A DNA stretch of 64,000 nucleotides from Nitrospirota bacterium (GTDB lineage: Bacteria > Nitrospirota > UBA9217), in assembly GCA_963751455.1 (NCBI GenBank), contig CAVVUN010000015.1, positions 640,001 through 704,000 of the forward strand, given 5' to 3'. A program made the translations under genes and the position numbers. Shown piece by piece: positions 30,797 to 41,204 of the stretch. Positions within the stretch are counted from its first letter, which is position 1. Each line of letters begins with the position of its first letter. The notes under the pieces are model-generated. The model was not told the origin of the DNA. It saw only the letters and a list, made by a program, of their open reading frames with translations, and ran no database searches.

Positions 30797-31954
30797 ATGA
30801 AGGCAGACATATATTTCATACAGTTTTTGAAAAATGATGAGATCAGCGTCGGAGTAGGGGGCATTGAGACGCTCATCACATATCTTTGTCCGCTCCTGGA
30901 AAGTCTCGGGCACGAAGTGACGGTTTATCAATGTGCCGGTCATGCTTTTGAAAGTACATACGGCAATGCACGCGTAATCAGTATACCTCGTTACCCAGGC
31001 CCCGGAATGTCTAATGAAAAGCTTGCACAGCAATTCAGAGATATAGCCCGCAACAGAGCCGGAATGGACAAAAGAATAGAAATATTTGCTGCTGATTTCT
31101 TTGCCGTAAAAAACAATAACCCCTTAGCTATTTGCGTTCAGAATGGGCTTGCCTGGGATGCGGCTATCGAGCTGATAACGCCAAAAAGAATTTATCACAA
31201 CTCCATCGGCGAGAAGATATTTCGCTATCGCTGCCAGTTGCGAGGGCTGAGAAGATTTGAAACGTGTTATAATCGCGTAGCGGTCGACCTTTATTTTCTC
31301 AATTGGTACAGAAGCTTTCGAGGTCCGAATTTTAAAGGTCGTCTTTTCTATAATCCTAATCCTGCTCCTGTTGCAGATTGGAATTATGATCGTGAAGATA
31401 AAAGCACAGCAAGGCCCCTCAGGATTATTTTTGCCAGGAGAATGGTCCCTGAAAAGGGTAGCCGTATTATAGCCGACGTATTCAAGCGGATTCTGAGCGA
31501 GCGACCTGATATTGAAATTACCTTGGCAGGCGAAGGGCCCGATGAAAAGCTTCTACGCAATGTATTTTTAAACGATAAGCGGGTTTCCATTATTACATAC
31601 CGAACTGACGACGCGCTGGCAGTTCATAGGAAACATGATATTGCGATAATTCCTTCTCTCTGTGGGGAGGCGACCTGCTTGTCCATACTTGAAGCTATGG
31701 CGGCAGGATGCGCAGTGATAGCGACGAACATGGGAGGCACTATAACGGAGATTATAAACGGATTTAACGGTGTCCTCTGTTGGCCGACTAAAGAGTCTCT
31801 GTATGAAGCTTTGCTGAAATTGATCGACTCTCCAGAAGAACGACTCAGAATGCAAAAAAGAGGGTGGGAAACATCACAAAAGTCGTTTAGTCTGCAGCAA
31901 TGGCAAGCACAGTGGAAGTACATTATCGAAACAATAGTGGAAAAATCAGTCTGA
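30797..31954 (+). CDS. Glycosyltransferase family 4
   Basis: GGIET, ARRMVPEKG and EATCLSILEAMAAG. Confidence 0.9.
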   Translation: MKADIYFIQFLKNDEISVGVGGIETLITYLCPLLESLGHEVTVYQCAGHAFESTYGNARVISIPRYPGPGMSNEKLAQQFRDIARNRAGMDKRIEIFAADFFAVKNNNPLAICVQNGLAWDAAIELITPKRIYHNSIGEKIFRYRCQLRGLRRFETCYNRVAVDLYFLNWYRSFRGPNFKGRLFYNPNPAPVADWNYDREDKSTARPLRIIFARRMVPEKGSRIIADVFKRILSERPDIEITLAGEGPDEKLLRNVFLNDKRVSIITYRTDDALAVHRKHDIAIIPSLCGEATCLSILEAMAAGCAVIATNMGGTITEIINGFNGVLCWPTKESLYEALLKLIDSPEERLRMQKRGWETSQKSFSLQQWQAQWKYIIETIVEKSV

Positions 31955-32131
31955 TAAAAGAAGTACATTTCGGTACCAGGCCCGCATCTCACAGTATTTT
32001 ATGAATAAAGTCTTTCCTGATAGGAGCGCAGCGTAGTTGCATTGAAAGCTCATCATATAAACCGGCGTGAGAATCTGTCGTTCGTTGATGACTTATTCTC
32101 TCGGTAACATCGGCATAGGAACTTTTCAGTC

Positions 32132-33301
32132 ATGACCTCAAGAAAAAAGGTATTGGTTACTCTGCCCGTACTGCTTCAAGGTGGTACGGAAATGCAGACT
32201 CTCAACTTGATTCGGACGCTTGTGGGAGCAGGTTACAATGTTGTTGTCTGCTGTTTTTATGAGTATGACGGTCAGATGGTCGTTCGCACGGAAGAAGCGG
32301 GTGCGCGGGTTGAGTTCTTGCATCAGTCTTGGGGAGCCGGTTTATTAAGATTATTTTTGAGATTGAGCGCCTATTTTAGAGAACAACGTCCAGATGTCGT
32401 TCATGTGCAATACGTTGCGCCGGGTCTTATCCCTGTACTGGCAGCGCGCGCCGCTCGAGTTCCAGTGATCTTTGCCACGGTTCACCAGCCAGGACGGACA
32501 TACGGCTGGAAGGCAAAGTTCTATCTGCGAGTTGCGTCCAGGCTTTGCACAACTTTCTTCTGTGTTTCACGGGCAGTAGAAGAGTCATGGTTCGGCACTA
32601 GCACCCTCTTCGATGGAATAGGGAAAGGTAAACATCGTCACTGCACATTATATAATGCAGTGGACGTGGATCGGATCCGCTCTGCTGCGGTTAGTGCGGA
32701 CGGTGCTGCCTTGCGGTCATCCTTGGGTATCGGTGACCGGCCGGCAATCGGGGCCGTAGGTCGGCTCCGTTGGGAAAAAGGACACGCAATTCTGATTGAC
32801 GCCATGTTTCACGTGGTGAAAAGGGCGCCTACAGCGATATTATTGCTTGTGGGTGACGGGCCTGACCGAAAGCTACTCGAAGAGCAAGTGCAACGACTGG
32901 GGCTCATTGAGAATGTTATTTTCTTGGGGCATCGTCATTCGTTGCTGGTTTACCAAATGTACGGCATCATGGATGTTGTTGTTGTGCCGTCACGTTTTGA
33001 AGGATTCGGGCTTGTTGCTGCGGAGGCAATGGCAGCAAGCGTGCCGGTTGTGGCTGCTCACGTGGATGCATTATGTGAAGTTGTTGAAGCCGGAGTGACC
33101 GGCTCGCTGGTCGCTCCTGACGATAGTAGTGCATTTGCGTCCTCAATTATCGATTTTCTTCTCGATTCTCAAAAAGCGAAAAAATATGGAGAAAACGGAT
33201 ATTTACGAGTGAAGGAGAAATTTTCGATTGAGCAATTCAGAAAACTCACTACATCATCGTATTCTTATTTTACACACTTAGAGCCTCTTCACGGAAAATA
33301 G
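32132..33301 (+). CDS. Glycosyltransferase family 4
   Basis: GGTE, GRLRWEKG and EGFGLVAAEAMAAS. Confidence 0.93.
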   Translation: MTSRKKVLVTLPVLLQGGTEMQTLNLIRTLVGAGYNVVVCCFYEYDGQMVVRTEEAGARVEFLHQSWGAGLLRLFLRLSAYFREQRPDVVHVQYVAPGLIPVLAARAARVPVIFATVHQPGRTYGWKAKFYLRVASRLCTTFFCVSRAVEESWFGTSTLFDGIGKGKHRHCTLYNAVDVDRIRSAAVSADGAALRSSLGIGDRPAIGAVGRLRWEKGHAILIDAMFHVVKRAPTAILLLVGDGPDRKLLEEQVQRLGLIENVIFLGHRHSLLVYQMYGIMDVVVVPSRFEGFGLVAAEAMAASVPVVAAHVDALCEVVEAGVTGSLVAPDDSSAFASSIIDFLLDSQKAKKYGENGYLRVKEKFSIEQFRKLTTSSYSYFTHLEPLHGK

Positions 33302-33333
33302 GCAATTTTCGCTGACCATTTGTAAGAAAAATC

Positions 33334-34575
33334 ATGGAATCAAATTATTCTGAAATAAATATAACCGCGCTTCAAAAGCAGCAGCCGCTAGTTCAAATCA
33401 TACATCAGGTGCCGGGACTGATATTGTGTGTGGCGTTTTGTACCATCTTATCTTTTTTCGGCGGCAAATTATTTGGGTTCAATTTCACCGGTTTAGCATG
33501 GGTAGTGCCGCTTATCGCAGCTCTTTTCGTTATCGCAAAGAACATCAGCAGCGTGTCTTTTCCTGTCCTGATATGGCTACCATGGATCCTGTTTGTTTTT
33601 ACTCAGTTGCTGTTCGTGGACTATTCCAACCTTGATCCAAGAGTGATTCCAGTACAGCGGACATTCCAGATGTTATGTCCTGTTTTCGTCGGAATGGCTG
33701 TCTCAACGATTCGTCCGACGCATATAATGCTGGAAAGCATTATGAAACTTACCCGCTATTTTGCTTTCCTTCTTATTGGCATCGTTGCACTGAAAACCGG
33801 GATTTTGTTTACAGGTGTACTGCCAGGCGCTACAGGCCTTGCTGCTGAATCCATGACAGTTATGCTTTTATGTTCATTGTACATAAACAGGTATCTTGTG
33901 TTCAAAGAGAAAAAGGACTTCCAAATATGGGTACTACTTGCGTTTATTCCTTTTGTGGCCTTAACCAGGGCTGCCATGGCTGTGACTCTGTTAACATTCC
34001 CTCTTGCAATTGCACCTATGAAACTATCAAGACGACTTGGAGCACTTGTTTTGATTGCTTTCCTGGCAATTGTCGCATTTTATTCACCGAGGGTACAGAG
34101 CAAAATGTTTTACTCGCAGCAAGGCGAAATATTGGACATCATGGGCCCGGATTTTAATACAACCGGACGCTCATCTATGTGGGCCAATATGTATTCGGAC
34201 ATCGGCGACAATATATTCCAGGGCTACGGTACTGGTGCTGGCGAAACATTTGCGTATAAATTTTCTGGACATCTTGCATATCCACATAATGACTGGCTTT
34301 TGACGCTTTATGATTATGGAGTACTAGGCGTATCGCTGTTTGCTCTGTGTCTAATTTTAGCACTGGCGCACGCAAAAAAACGGGCGGAATACTGCGCATT
34401 GCCCGAAAATAAACTCTTATTTCTCACTGGAGCTTCAGCAATAATACCATTCTCCTTGTTGATGTTTACGGATAATATCATGGTTTATAGTTCTTACTTC
34501 GGCAACCTTCATTTTGTTATTCTCGGCTTAGCGTATGGCGCATTCCAGAAACAATATGACGATGAGATATTTTAA
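33334..34575 (+). CDS. O-antigen ligase/Wzy-like polymerase
   Basis: About 10 TM segments; TRAA, TGRSSMW, GYGTG and PHNDWL. Confidence 0.85.
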   Translation: MESNYSEINITALQKQQPLVQIIHQVPGLILCVAFCTILSFFGGKLFGFNFTGLAWVVPLIAALFVIAKNISSVSFPVLIWLPWILFVFTQLLFVDYSNLDPRVIPVQRTFQMLCPVFVGMAVSTIRPTHIMLESIMKLTRYFAFLLIGIVALKTGILFTGVLPGATGLAAESMTVMLLCSLYINRYLVFKEKKDFQIWVLLAFIPFVALTRAAMAVTLLTFPLAIAPMKLSRRLGALVLIAFLAIVAFYSPRVQSKMFYSQQGEILDIMGPDFNTTGRSSMWANMYSDIGDNIFQGYGTGAGETFAYKFSGHLAYPHNDWLLTLYDYGVLGVSLFALCLILALAHAKKRAEYCALPENKLLFLTGASAIIPFSLLMFTDNIMVYSSYFGNLHFVILGLAYGAFQKQYDDEIF

Positions 34576-35555
34576 TGATTACTTTCGCGCCTGTTTCGGT
34601 CATTATACCGCTTTATAATAAAGAGAACGAAGTTGAACGGGCAATCAAATCCGTGCTGGCTCAGACCGTGCAGGATTTTGAGTTAATTGTAATCAATGAC
34701 GGCTCAACTGATAAGGGACCTGATAAAGTAAGAGCCAACCAAGACAGACGCATCAAAATAATCGATCAATCGAACAGCGGTGTGTCTGCCGCCAGGAACC
34801 GCGGAATCGAGGCCGCTTCCGGAGACTTTATTGCTTTTCTCGATGCTGACGATGAATGGGAAATAGATCATTTAGAGACAATATTTTCCTTGCGAGCAAA
34901 ATATCCGTCATGTAGCGCGTTCGCGACCAGATACTATGTTTGTGGTCCTGATTTCAGAAGAGGAGCAATTATAAGGGGACTTGAGGCTGGCTACGAAGAC
35001 GGAATCCTGATGAACTACTTTAATATCGCGGCGCAATCCGATCCTCCGCTTTGGTCATCGGCAGTTGCTGTTACGAAGCGGTCAATATTGGCTATTAAAG
35101 CGTTTCCTACCGGGATTACATCGGGTGAAGATCTGCTTACTTGGGCGCGGCTTGCTGCTAGGTATAATATAGCGTACAGCTCGAAGCTGACGGCAAATTT
35201 CTGGGAACCACGTGCGCCATGGGATCGTCCCGGTCGAAGGCCTCAAATGCCTGATATCGTCGGACAGGAATTATTACGCCTGAAAAAACAAGGTAACCCC
35301 GACAGAGTGAAGAGCTTGGATGAATATTTGTCTCTGTGGCATCGTATGAGAGCGAGCATATATATGCAGCTTGGAGAAAATATCAATGCACGAAGAGAAT
35401 TGATAAAAGCGATGAAATACTCAAACAACATGACAGCCCTATTATTCTTCTTTGTTCTTTCGCTTCTGCCGGCTCGGTACGGATTGTCGATCTATGAAAG
35501 AGTCAAGAGATTGTATCAAAAAGCGAATAAAGCTGGTGAAAATGCAACGGAGTGA
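34575..35555 (+). CDS. Glycosyltransferase family 2
   Basis: SVIIPLYNK, NDGSTD, GVSAARNRG and FLDADD. Confidence 0.93.
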   Translation: MITFAPVSVIIPLYNKENEVERAIKSVLAQTVQDFELIVINDGSTDKGPDKVRANQDRRIKIIDQSNSGVSAARNRGIEAASGDFIAFLDADDEWEIDHLETIFSLRAKYPSCSAFATRYYVCGPDFRRGAIIRGLEAGYEDGILMNYFNIAAQSDPPLWSSAVAVTKRSILAIKAFPTGITSGEDLLTWARLAARYNIAYSSKLTANFWEPRAPWDRPGRRPQMPDIVGQELLRLKKQGNPDRVKSLDEYLSLWHRMRASIYMQLGENINARRELIKAMKYSNNMTALLFFFVLSLLPARYGLSIYERVKRLYQKANKAGENATE

Positions 35556-35564
35556 TACAAGGCT

Positions 35565-36248
35565 ATGATTATAGAGCGACGCAAAGTCAATAGAACCGAT
35601 CGTATACGTGTTACTGAAAATCTTATTTTGCCGCAATCCCCAGAGTCAGTGCTTGAGATAGGGGCAGGTGATTACTCATTCGATTATTTAAAAAAGCCGA
35701 GCATAATTACCTGGACAAAGGCCGATTTTGCGCAGCCTTGCGATGTTGTTTGTAATTTCAATTCGGATAATCTCGTTCTCCCTTTTGCGGACCGCGAATT
35801 CGAGATGATTATTTGTACAGAAGTACTTGAACATATTTTATGGCCACATAGACTCCTAATGGAACTGAACAGAGTATTAAGCGAAGACGGAATGCTCCTG
35901 GTCAGCGTACCGAATATTGCAAGTTTAAGTTATCGGTTTGCCTGGCTGTTTGGGCATATCCCCTCATGTGCCGCGTCGGGAAATCTTCCCACTGACCTAG
36001 GCAGCACTGCTTACATTAACGACGTCGGGGAAATTATCGGTGGACATGTTATTGATTTTAACAAAAAGAGGCTGGTCAGCCTTCTAAATTATGTTGGTTT
36101 TTCCGTAGAGAAGATGAAGGGATCAGGTGTTATCTGGCATAGACAAATTTTACCGTACTGGCTCGTTTCTTCAGCTCTTTCATCAAATCTTATCTGTCTT
36201 GCAAAGAAAAAGATATCCAATCAGCAGCATATATCTTCGGATCGATAG
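35565..36248 (+). CDS. Class I SAM-dependent methyltransferase
   Basis: VLEIGAG, CTEVLEH and SVPN. Confidence 0.87.
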   Translation: MIIERRKVNRTDRIRVTENLILPQSPESVLEIGAGDYSFDYLKKPSIITWTKADFAQPCDVVCNFNSDNLVLPFADREFEMIICTEVLEHILWPHRLLMELNRVLSEDGMLLVSVPNIASLSYRFAWLFGHIPSCAASGNLPTDLGSTAYINDVGEIIGGHVIDFNKKRLVSLLNYVGFSVEKMKGSGVIWHRQILPYWLVSSALSSNLICLAKKKISNQQHISSDR

Positions 36249-36249
36249 C

Positions 36250-37452
36250 ATGCATATTGTTGTTATTTGGCAGCGATTGCTGCCCTACCATATAGCAAGG
36301 TTAAGCCATGCCAAGAAGAGACTGAGCCAATGTGGCCACCGATTGACTGCCGTAGAAGTCGCGGCCAGTGACCAATCGTACTCCTTTATTCCTGTTATGA
36401 CAAACGGCGAGTTTGATAGAGTTTGCTGTTTTCCCTGCATGTCATATCATAAGCAAAATGCAGGCGCCGTGCATCGAAAGGTCCTGCAGATACTTGAATC
36501 GCTTCAGCCGGATGTAGTTTTTGCTCCTGCTACAGCCTTTCCAGAAGGTATGGCATCTCTAGTCTACCGGCTTAAGAGCAGAGCAACGGCAATAGTCATG
36601 GACGATGCCTGGCAGCATACCGACCAGAAAGGAGCACTTACGCGGGCGGTCAAGAAGTTGATACACGGTAATGCGGATGCTGCTTTTGTTCCGGCAATCT
36701 CACATCGAGATTATTATATGCAGCTTGGCTTTCCTGCCGATCGCATATTATTCGGCGTTGACGTTGTAGATAATGATTATTTTTCTGTTCGTGTGGACAA
36801 AGCCCGCCGGGATGATCCAAGGATACGACTGAAGAGAAAACTGCCGGTGAATTATTTTCTTTTTGTCGGCAGATTTTTGCCCCGTAAAGGTTTGGAAACC
36901 TTACTTACTGCCTATAAATTATATCGTGAAAGAATGGCGCTCGGTTATTGGGACCTAGTACTGATCGGCGAAGGCGACTATCTGGAGACACTTAGTCCAG
37001 ACATTAAAGCCCAAGCGGCTGTGCATTATGCAGGCGGACAATTTGGAGATGATCTCTGTGAGTATTATGGTTTAGCGAGAGCACTGGTAGTCCCTAGCGA
37101 AACAGACCCGTGGGCTTTGGTGGTAAACGAAGCGCTGGCCTCCGCTTTGCCGGTCATTGTCAGCAAAGGCTGCGGGGCAGCGATGACTCTTGTGAAAGAG
37201 TCACAAAATGGATGGACTTTTGAACCGGGGAACGCGGAAGAATTGAGTTTACTGCTCCATCGGCTGACACAGTTAAGCACCGCGGCACTGTTAACGATGA
37301 GTAACAAGTCACGTGAGATCATATCAGCCTGGTCTCTGGACCGATTTGCGGACGGCATCGAAGAAGGAGTGAGGATAAGTCGGCGATCTTCGGCCGGTCT
37401 TCTTGCCGATGTGACGACCAAGCTTTGGAAGGGAAGAGTACGAATAGTATAG
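36250..37452 (+). CDS. Glycosyltransferase family 4
   Basis: FVGRFLPRKG and DPWALVVNEALAS; ATG at 36250. Confidence 0.9.
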   Translation: MHIVVIWQRLLPYHIARLSHAKKRLSQCGHRLTAVEVAASDQSYSFIPVMTNGEFDRVCCFPCMSYHKQNAGAVHRKVLQILESLQPDVVFAPATAFPEGMASLVYRLKSRATAIVMDDAWQHTDQKGALTRAVKKLIHGNADAAFVPAISHRDYYMQLGFPADRILFGVDVVDNDYFSVRVDKARRDDPRIRLKRKLPVNYFLFVGRFLPRKGLETLLTAYKLYRERMALGYWDLVLIGEGDYLETLSPDIKAQAAVHYAGGQFGDDLCEYYGLARALVVPSETDPWALVVNEALASALPVIVSKGCGAAMTLVKESQNGWTFEPGNAEELSLLLHRLTQLSTAALLTMSNKSREIISAWSLDRFADGIEEGVRISRRSSAGLLADVTTKLWKGRVRIV

Positions 37453-37469
37453 AGACCAGTTTACAGCGC

Positions 37470-38687
37470 ATGAATATAGAGCAGCCCATGAAGTTACTCC
37501 TTATCCACAATTTTTACGGCTCTTCGGCTCCGAGCGGCGAAAACATGGTTTTTGCGGCGGAAGCAGAACTACTGAGGCAGCACGGCCATACGGTAATGGA
37601 TCTCACAAGGCATAGCGATGAGATACGAAGTAAAGGGCTGCCGGGCGCGATACACGGGGCATTGACGACGCCCTGGAACCATTTCGTCAAAAGAGATGTC
37701 CTTCGGATTGTAGAGAAAGAACGGCCGGACATAATGCACGTGCATAATACCTTTCCTCTCATCTCGCCGTCTCTTTTTTATGCTGCAAGAAATAGGGTTG
37801 CCACGGTAATGACACTCCACAATTATCGGCTTTTTTGTCCGGCTGCTATCCTCATGAGGCACGGGACGGCGTGTACCGAATGCATCGATAAAAAAAGCGT
37901 TCTTCCTGCCCTCAAATACGGATGCTATAGGAACAGCAGGCTTGCAACCGTTCCCCTGGCGATAAACGTCGCAGTCCACAGACTGCTCAAGACATGGAGA
38001 GACAAAGTCGATGCTTTCATCGCACTGACCGAATTCCAGCGACAAATGCTTGTGCAGGCCGGACTTTCTCCGGATCTGATTCATGTGAAGCCTCATTTCT
38101 ACCCTGATCCTCCTTTGCCTTTGCCCTGGTCCGAGAGAGAGCAGAAGGCCGTATTCATCGGCCGGCTTGGACCGGAGAAGGGAATAAACTTGTTGATTAA
38201 TGCTTGGAAGAAGTGGGGATCTGATGCGCCTGATCTTGAAATTATCGGCGATGGATCCGAAAGAGGCGCTTTAGTAAAGCTAGCAGGAGAATCCTCAAAT
38301 AAAAATAAGATAGTGTTCCGTGGCCAGATCTCCTTTGAAGAAACGCAGATCCAGCTGGCAAAATCACGGATTCTATTGCTCCCCTCCATCTGCTTCGAAG
38401 GATTTCCCATGGTGATCAGGGAGGCATTTGCCCTTGGAGTTCCGGTTGCGGCATCACGGATAGGGGCTCTTCCCGACATAGTGGATGAGGGAAAGAACGG
38501 GGTGCTATTCGCACCTGGCAGCTCGGATGATTTGTTAAACGTAGTGAAACGCGAATGGCAAGAGAGCAAATTACAAGCAATGGCCAAAGGTGCAAGGGAA
38601 AAATTCGATCATGAGTATTCTGCCACGACCAATTACGAAATGCTCATGAACATTTACAGAAAAGCAATGGCACAACGGAGAAGATGA
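37470..38687 (+). CDS. Glycosyltransferase family 4
   Basis: SGE, HVHNTFP, TLHNYRLFCP and EGFPMVIREAFALG. Confidence 0.92.
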   Translation: MNIEQPMKLLLIHNFYGSSAPSGENMVFAAEAELLRQHGHTVMDLTRHSDEIRSKGLPGAIHGALTTPWNHFVKRDVLRIVEKERPDIMHVHNTFPLISPSLFYAARNRVATVMTLHNYRLFCPAAILMRHGTACTECIDKKSVLPALKYGCYRNSRLATVPLAINVAVHRLLKTWRDKVDAFIALTEFQRQMLVQAGLSPDLIHVKPHFYPDPPLPLPWSEREQKAVFIGRLGPEKGINLLINAWKKWGSDAPDLEIIGDGSERGALVKLAGESSNKNKIVFRGQISFEETQIQLAKSRILLLPSICFEGFPMVIREAFALGVPVAASRIGALPDIVDEGKNGVLFAPGSSDDLLNVVKREWQESKLQAMAKGAREKFDHEYSATTNYEMLMNIYRKAMAQRRR

Positions 38688-39472
38688 TGCATTACCTCGA
38701 CAAGGAAGACATATTCGGATATAATATTACGACTTGCCCCGTCAGCGTTTGCGTAGCACAGATAATGCAGTGGTTAAGTAGAAACGATTCTGCCCGGTAT
38801 CTGGTATGCGCAAATCCCCATTCGTTCGAGGTGGCTCGAAGAGATAATTTGTTTGATGCATCACTGAAAAATGCCGATATCTTGATTCCCGATGGAACCG
38901 GCATTGTTATAGCTTCCAAAGTGCTCGGCGGAACAATTAAACAACGTGTTACGGGGAGCGATATTTTCGGGGAGCTAAATAAAGCGTTAAACTCTGACAA
39001 TAGATACCGCTGTTTTTTTCTTGGTTCTACAACAGAGAACTTGCAAAAGATTGTGGAACGAATGAAAAGAGAATTCCCTGGGGTTGAAGTCGCTGGTGTT
39101 TATTCCCCTCCTTTTAAAAAAGAACTCGACGAATGGGATAATGAGAAAATTATTAAAATAGTAAATCGTTCTCATGCAGATATCCTTTGGGTCGGAATGT
39201 CCGCTCCTAAGCAAGAAAAATGGATTTACAAAAACAGGGATAAATTAGACGTACGGTTCATTGGAGCGATTGGTGCGGTATTTGACTTTTTCACGGAAAG
39301 AATCAGACGATCTCGTCCCTTTTTTCAGCGTCTCGGTCTAGAATGGCTTCCGAGACTGTTACAGGAGCCGCGAAGATTATGGAGAAGAAATTTAATTTCT
39401 ACACCTCTGTTTATCATGAGAATAATATCTGCAAAACTCGGCACTGAGAAGCAAACAAGCAGCGACCGCTAA
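38684..39472 (+). CDS. WecB/TagA/CpsF family glycosyltransferase
   Basis: IPDG, RVTGSD, VGMSAPKQEKW and GLEWLPRLLQEPRRLWRR. Confidence 0.95.
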   Translation: MMHYLDKEDIFGYNITTCPVSVCVAQIMQWLSRNDSARYLVCANPHSFEVARRDNLFDASLKNADILIPDGTGIVIASKVLGGTIKQRVTGSDIFGELNKALNSDNRYRCFFLGSTTENLQKIVERMKREFPGVEVAGVYSPPFKKELDEWDNEKIIKIVNRSHADILWVGMSAPKQEKWIYKNRDKLDVRFIGAIGAVFDFFTERIRRSRPFFQRLGLEWLPRLLQEPRRLWRRNLISTPLFIMRIISAKLGTEKQTSSDR

Positions 39473-39498
39473 CATTAATGCATTGACAAACAGCGATT

Positions 39499-40908
39499 AT
39501 GTTCTTCCAAAACACCGAAAAATCTATCTTAATTCTCCTCTTCGATCTCATAGCCATGGTTATCGCTATGATTTTCGCCTTTCTCTTAGGATATAAAACC
39601 CCCGTAAGTCTTCTTCTTTATCCGCAATACGCAGGAAGCATTCATACCGTCTTCATTTTTACCGTGATTATATTTTATATTCTTGATCTCTATTCTTTGC
39701 ACAGGTTGCCTGAAATATTTCTTCACCACGTTCCAATAATTGGTCTTGGTCTCTTATTCAGTTCAATACTGGTTACCTTTATATTCTTCTTCTTCCGAAA
39801 CCCCATCCCCCGTGCTGTCTTTATCCTGTTTTACGGTTTTTCATTTCTTTTTATCGTTATCGGCCGCCTTATATTTAACAGGCTGACCATGTCGTCGATC
39901 TTCTGGAATGTTCTGCTTGTTGGTGAGAAGGAACCCAGTGAAAAAATCGCTCAGTTCATAAACGAGAGACAGTATCTAAGACAGCGAGTTATCGGATATA
40001 TATCCTCCGAAAAAATCTCTGGAGACGCGAATACATCAAACCATGATCGTTCTGTTAGCCAGCATGATTATGCAGAAGATTTGAAGTATCTGGGGAGCCT
40101 GAAAGACCTTATGTCTGTTCTTCGGAAAAACAGCGTGAGCCAGGTGATCGTTACGACGTTGAATGTTGATCGGGATATGAGCATTCTCCTGAGAGAATGC
40201 ATGCGGAGAAAGATCCGGATCTCAGACCACAGGCGGGTGATGGAGTATATAGAAGGTATGGTGCCCCTCGACTTGTTGGACGACTACTGGTTCATCTTGT
40301 CGTTGAGTCACACTGATAAAACATATTTCTGGTATATAAAGCGGTCCTTTGACGTTCTGGCCAGCCTTGTCGGCCTCTGCCTTGCCATTCCCTTATTTCC
40401 TCTTGCCGTCATCCTGATAAAACTTGATTCACGCGGGCCCGTCTTTTATTCACAGGAGCGGACAGGCAGGGATGACAAGCCGTTCAGGGTCTGGAAGCTC
40501 CGCACCATGGTTGAGGGCGCGGACAAAAATAACGTTCACTGGACAACCGACAATGATGTCCGTATTACCCGGATCGGAAGGCTGATACGGAAAACCAGGC
40601 TCGATGAGCTGCCCCAGCTGCTCAATATCCTGAAAGGTGAGATGAGCCTGATAGGACCGCGTCCCGAAGCGGTAAGCCTCGCGGATATGTATGCCAGGGA
40701 AATACCCTATTACCGTGAACGTCATAGAGTGACGCCGGGCATTACCGGCTGGGCGCAGATCAATTATCCTTACGGCAATTCGCTTGACGATACTCGGGAA
40801 AAACTGAAGTACGATTTTTATTACGTAAAGAACAGAAGCTTTGTGCTGGATATGGTTATTTTTCTCAAAACGATCCGCATTGTGCTTACAGGAAAAGGGG
40901 CTATATGA
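39499..40908 (+). CDS. Priming polyprenyl-phosphate glycosylphosphotransferase
   Basis: KRSFD, KLRTM, DELPQL, GPRPE and PGITGWAQI. Confidence 0.95.
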   Translation: MFFQNTEKSILILLFDLIAMVIAMIFAFLLGYKTPVSLLLYPQYAGSIHTVFIFTVIIFYILDLYSLHRLPEIFLHHVPIIGLGLLFSSILVTFIFFFFRNPIPRAVFILFYGFSFLFIVIGRLIFNRLTMSSIFWNVLLVGEKEPSEKIAQFINERQYLRQRVIGYISSEKISGDANTSNHDRSVSQHDYAEDLKYLGSLKDLMSVLRKNSVSQVIVTTLNVDRDMSILLRECMRRKIRISDHRRVMEYIEGMVPLDLLDDYWFILSLSHTDKTYFWYIKRSFDVLASLVGLCLAIPLFPLAVILIKLDSRGPVFYSQERTGRDDKPFRVWKLRTMVEGADKNNVHWTTDNDVRITRIGRLIRKTRLDELPQLLNILKGEMSLIGPRPEAVSLADMYAREIPYYRERHRVTPGITGWAQINYPYGNSLDDTREKLKYDFYYVKNRSFVLDMVIFLKTIRIVLTGKGAI

Positions 40909-40920
40909 AAGGTAGGGAGG

Positions 40921-41116
40921 AATTGTAAAATGCAAAGTGCAAAGTGCAAATTGAAAATTTGATTGAAAACTTTCTAACAAACGGAAATATGCGATAATTC
41001 CACAACCCCCTTTGAATTCTGTCTTCCAGCTTTTATCCGCGCTCATCCGATTCTTCCGCGTCCAAATTGGTTTTGCATTTTCACTTTGCACTTTTTAATT
41101 TGCATTTTTCAATTTT
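40921..41116. repeat. Inverted heptamer hairpin (AAARTGC) with a nonamer element nested in its loop
   Basis: aaaatgc-aaagtgc-aaagtgc ... gcatttt-cactttg-cactttt. Inner aaacggaaat...ttatccgcgctcatccgattcttccgcgtcc at 40979-41063. Confidence 0.8.
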
Positions 41117-41204
41117 TATAAAATCTACTCTTCTGCGGTTGCTTAACGATCAAAATGACCCATTTAACTTTGCAATTTGAAATCTGCAATTTAATTAGAA
41201 CCTA

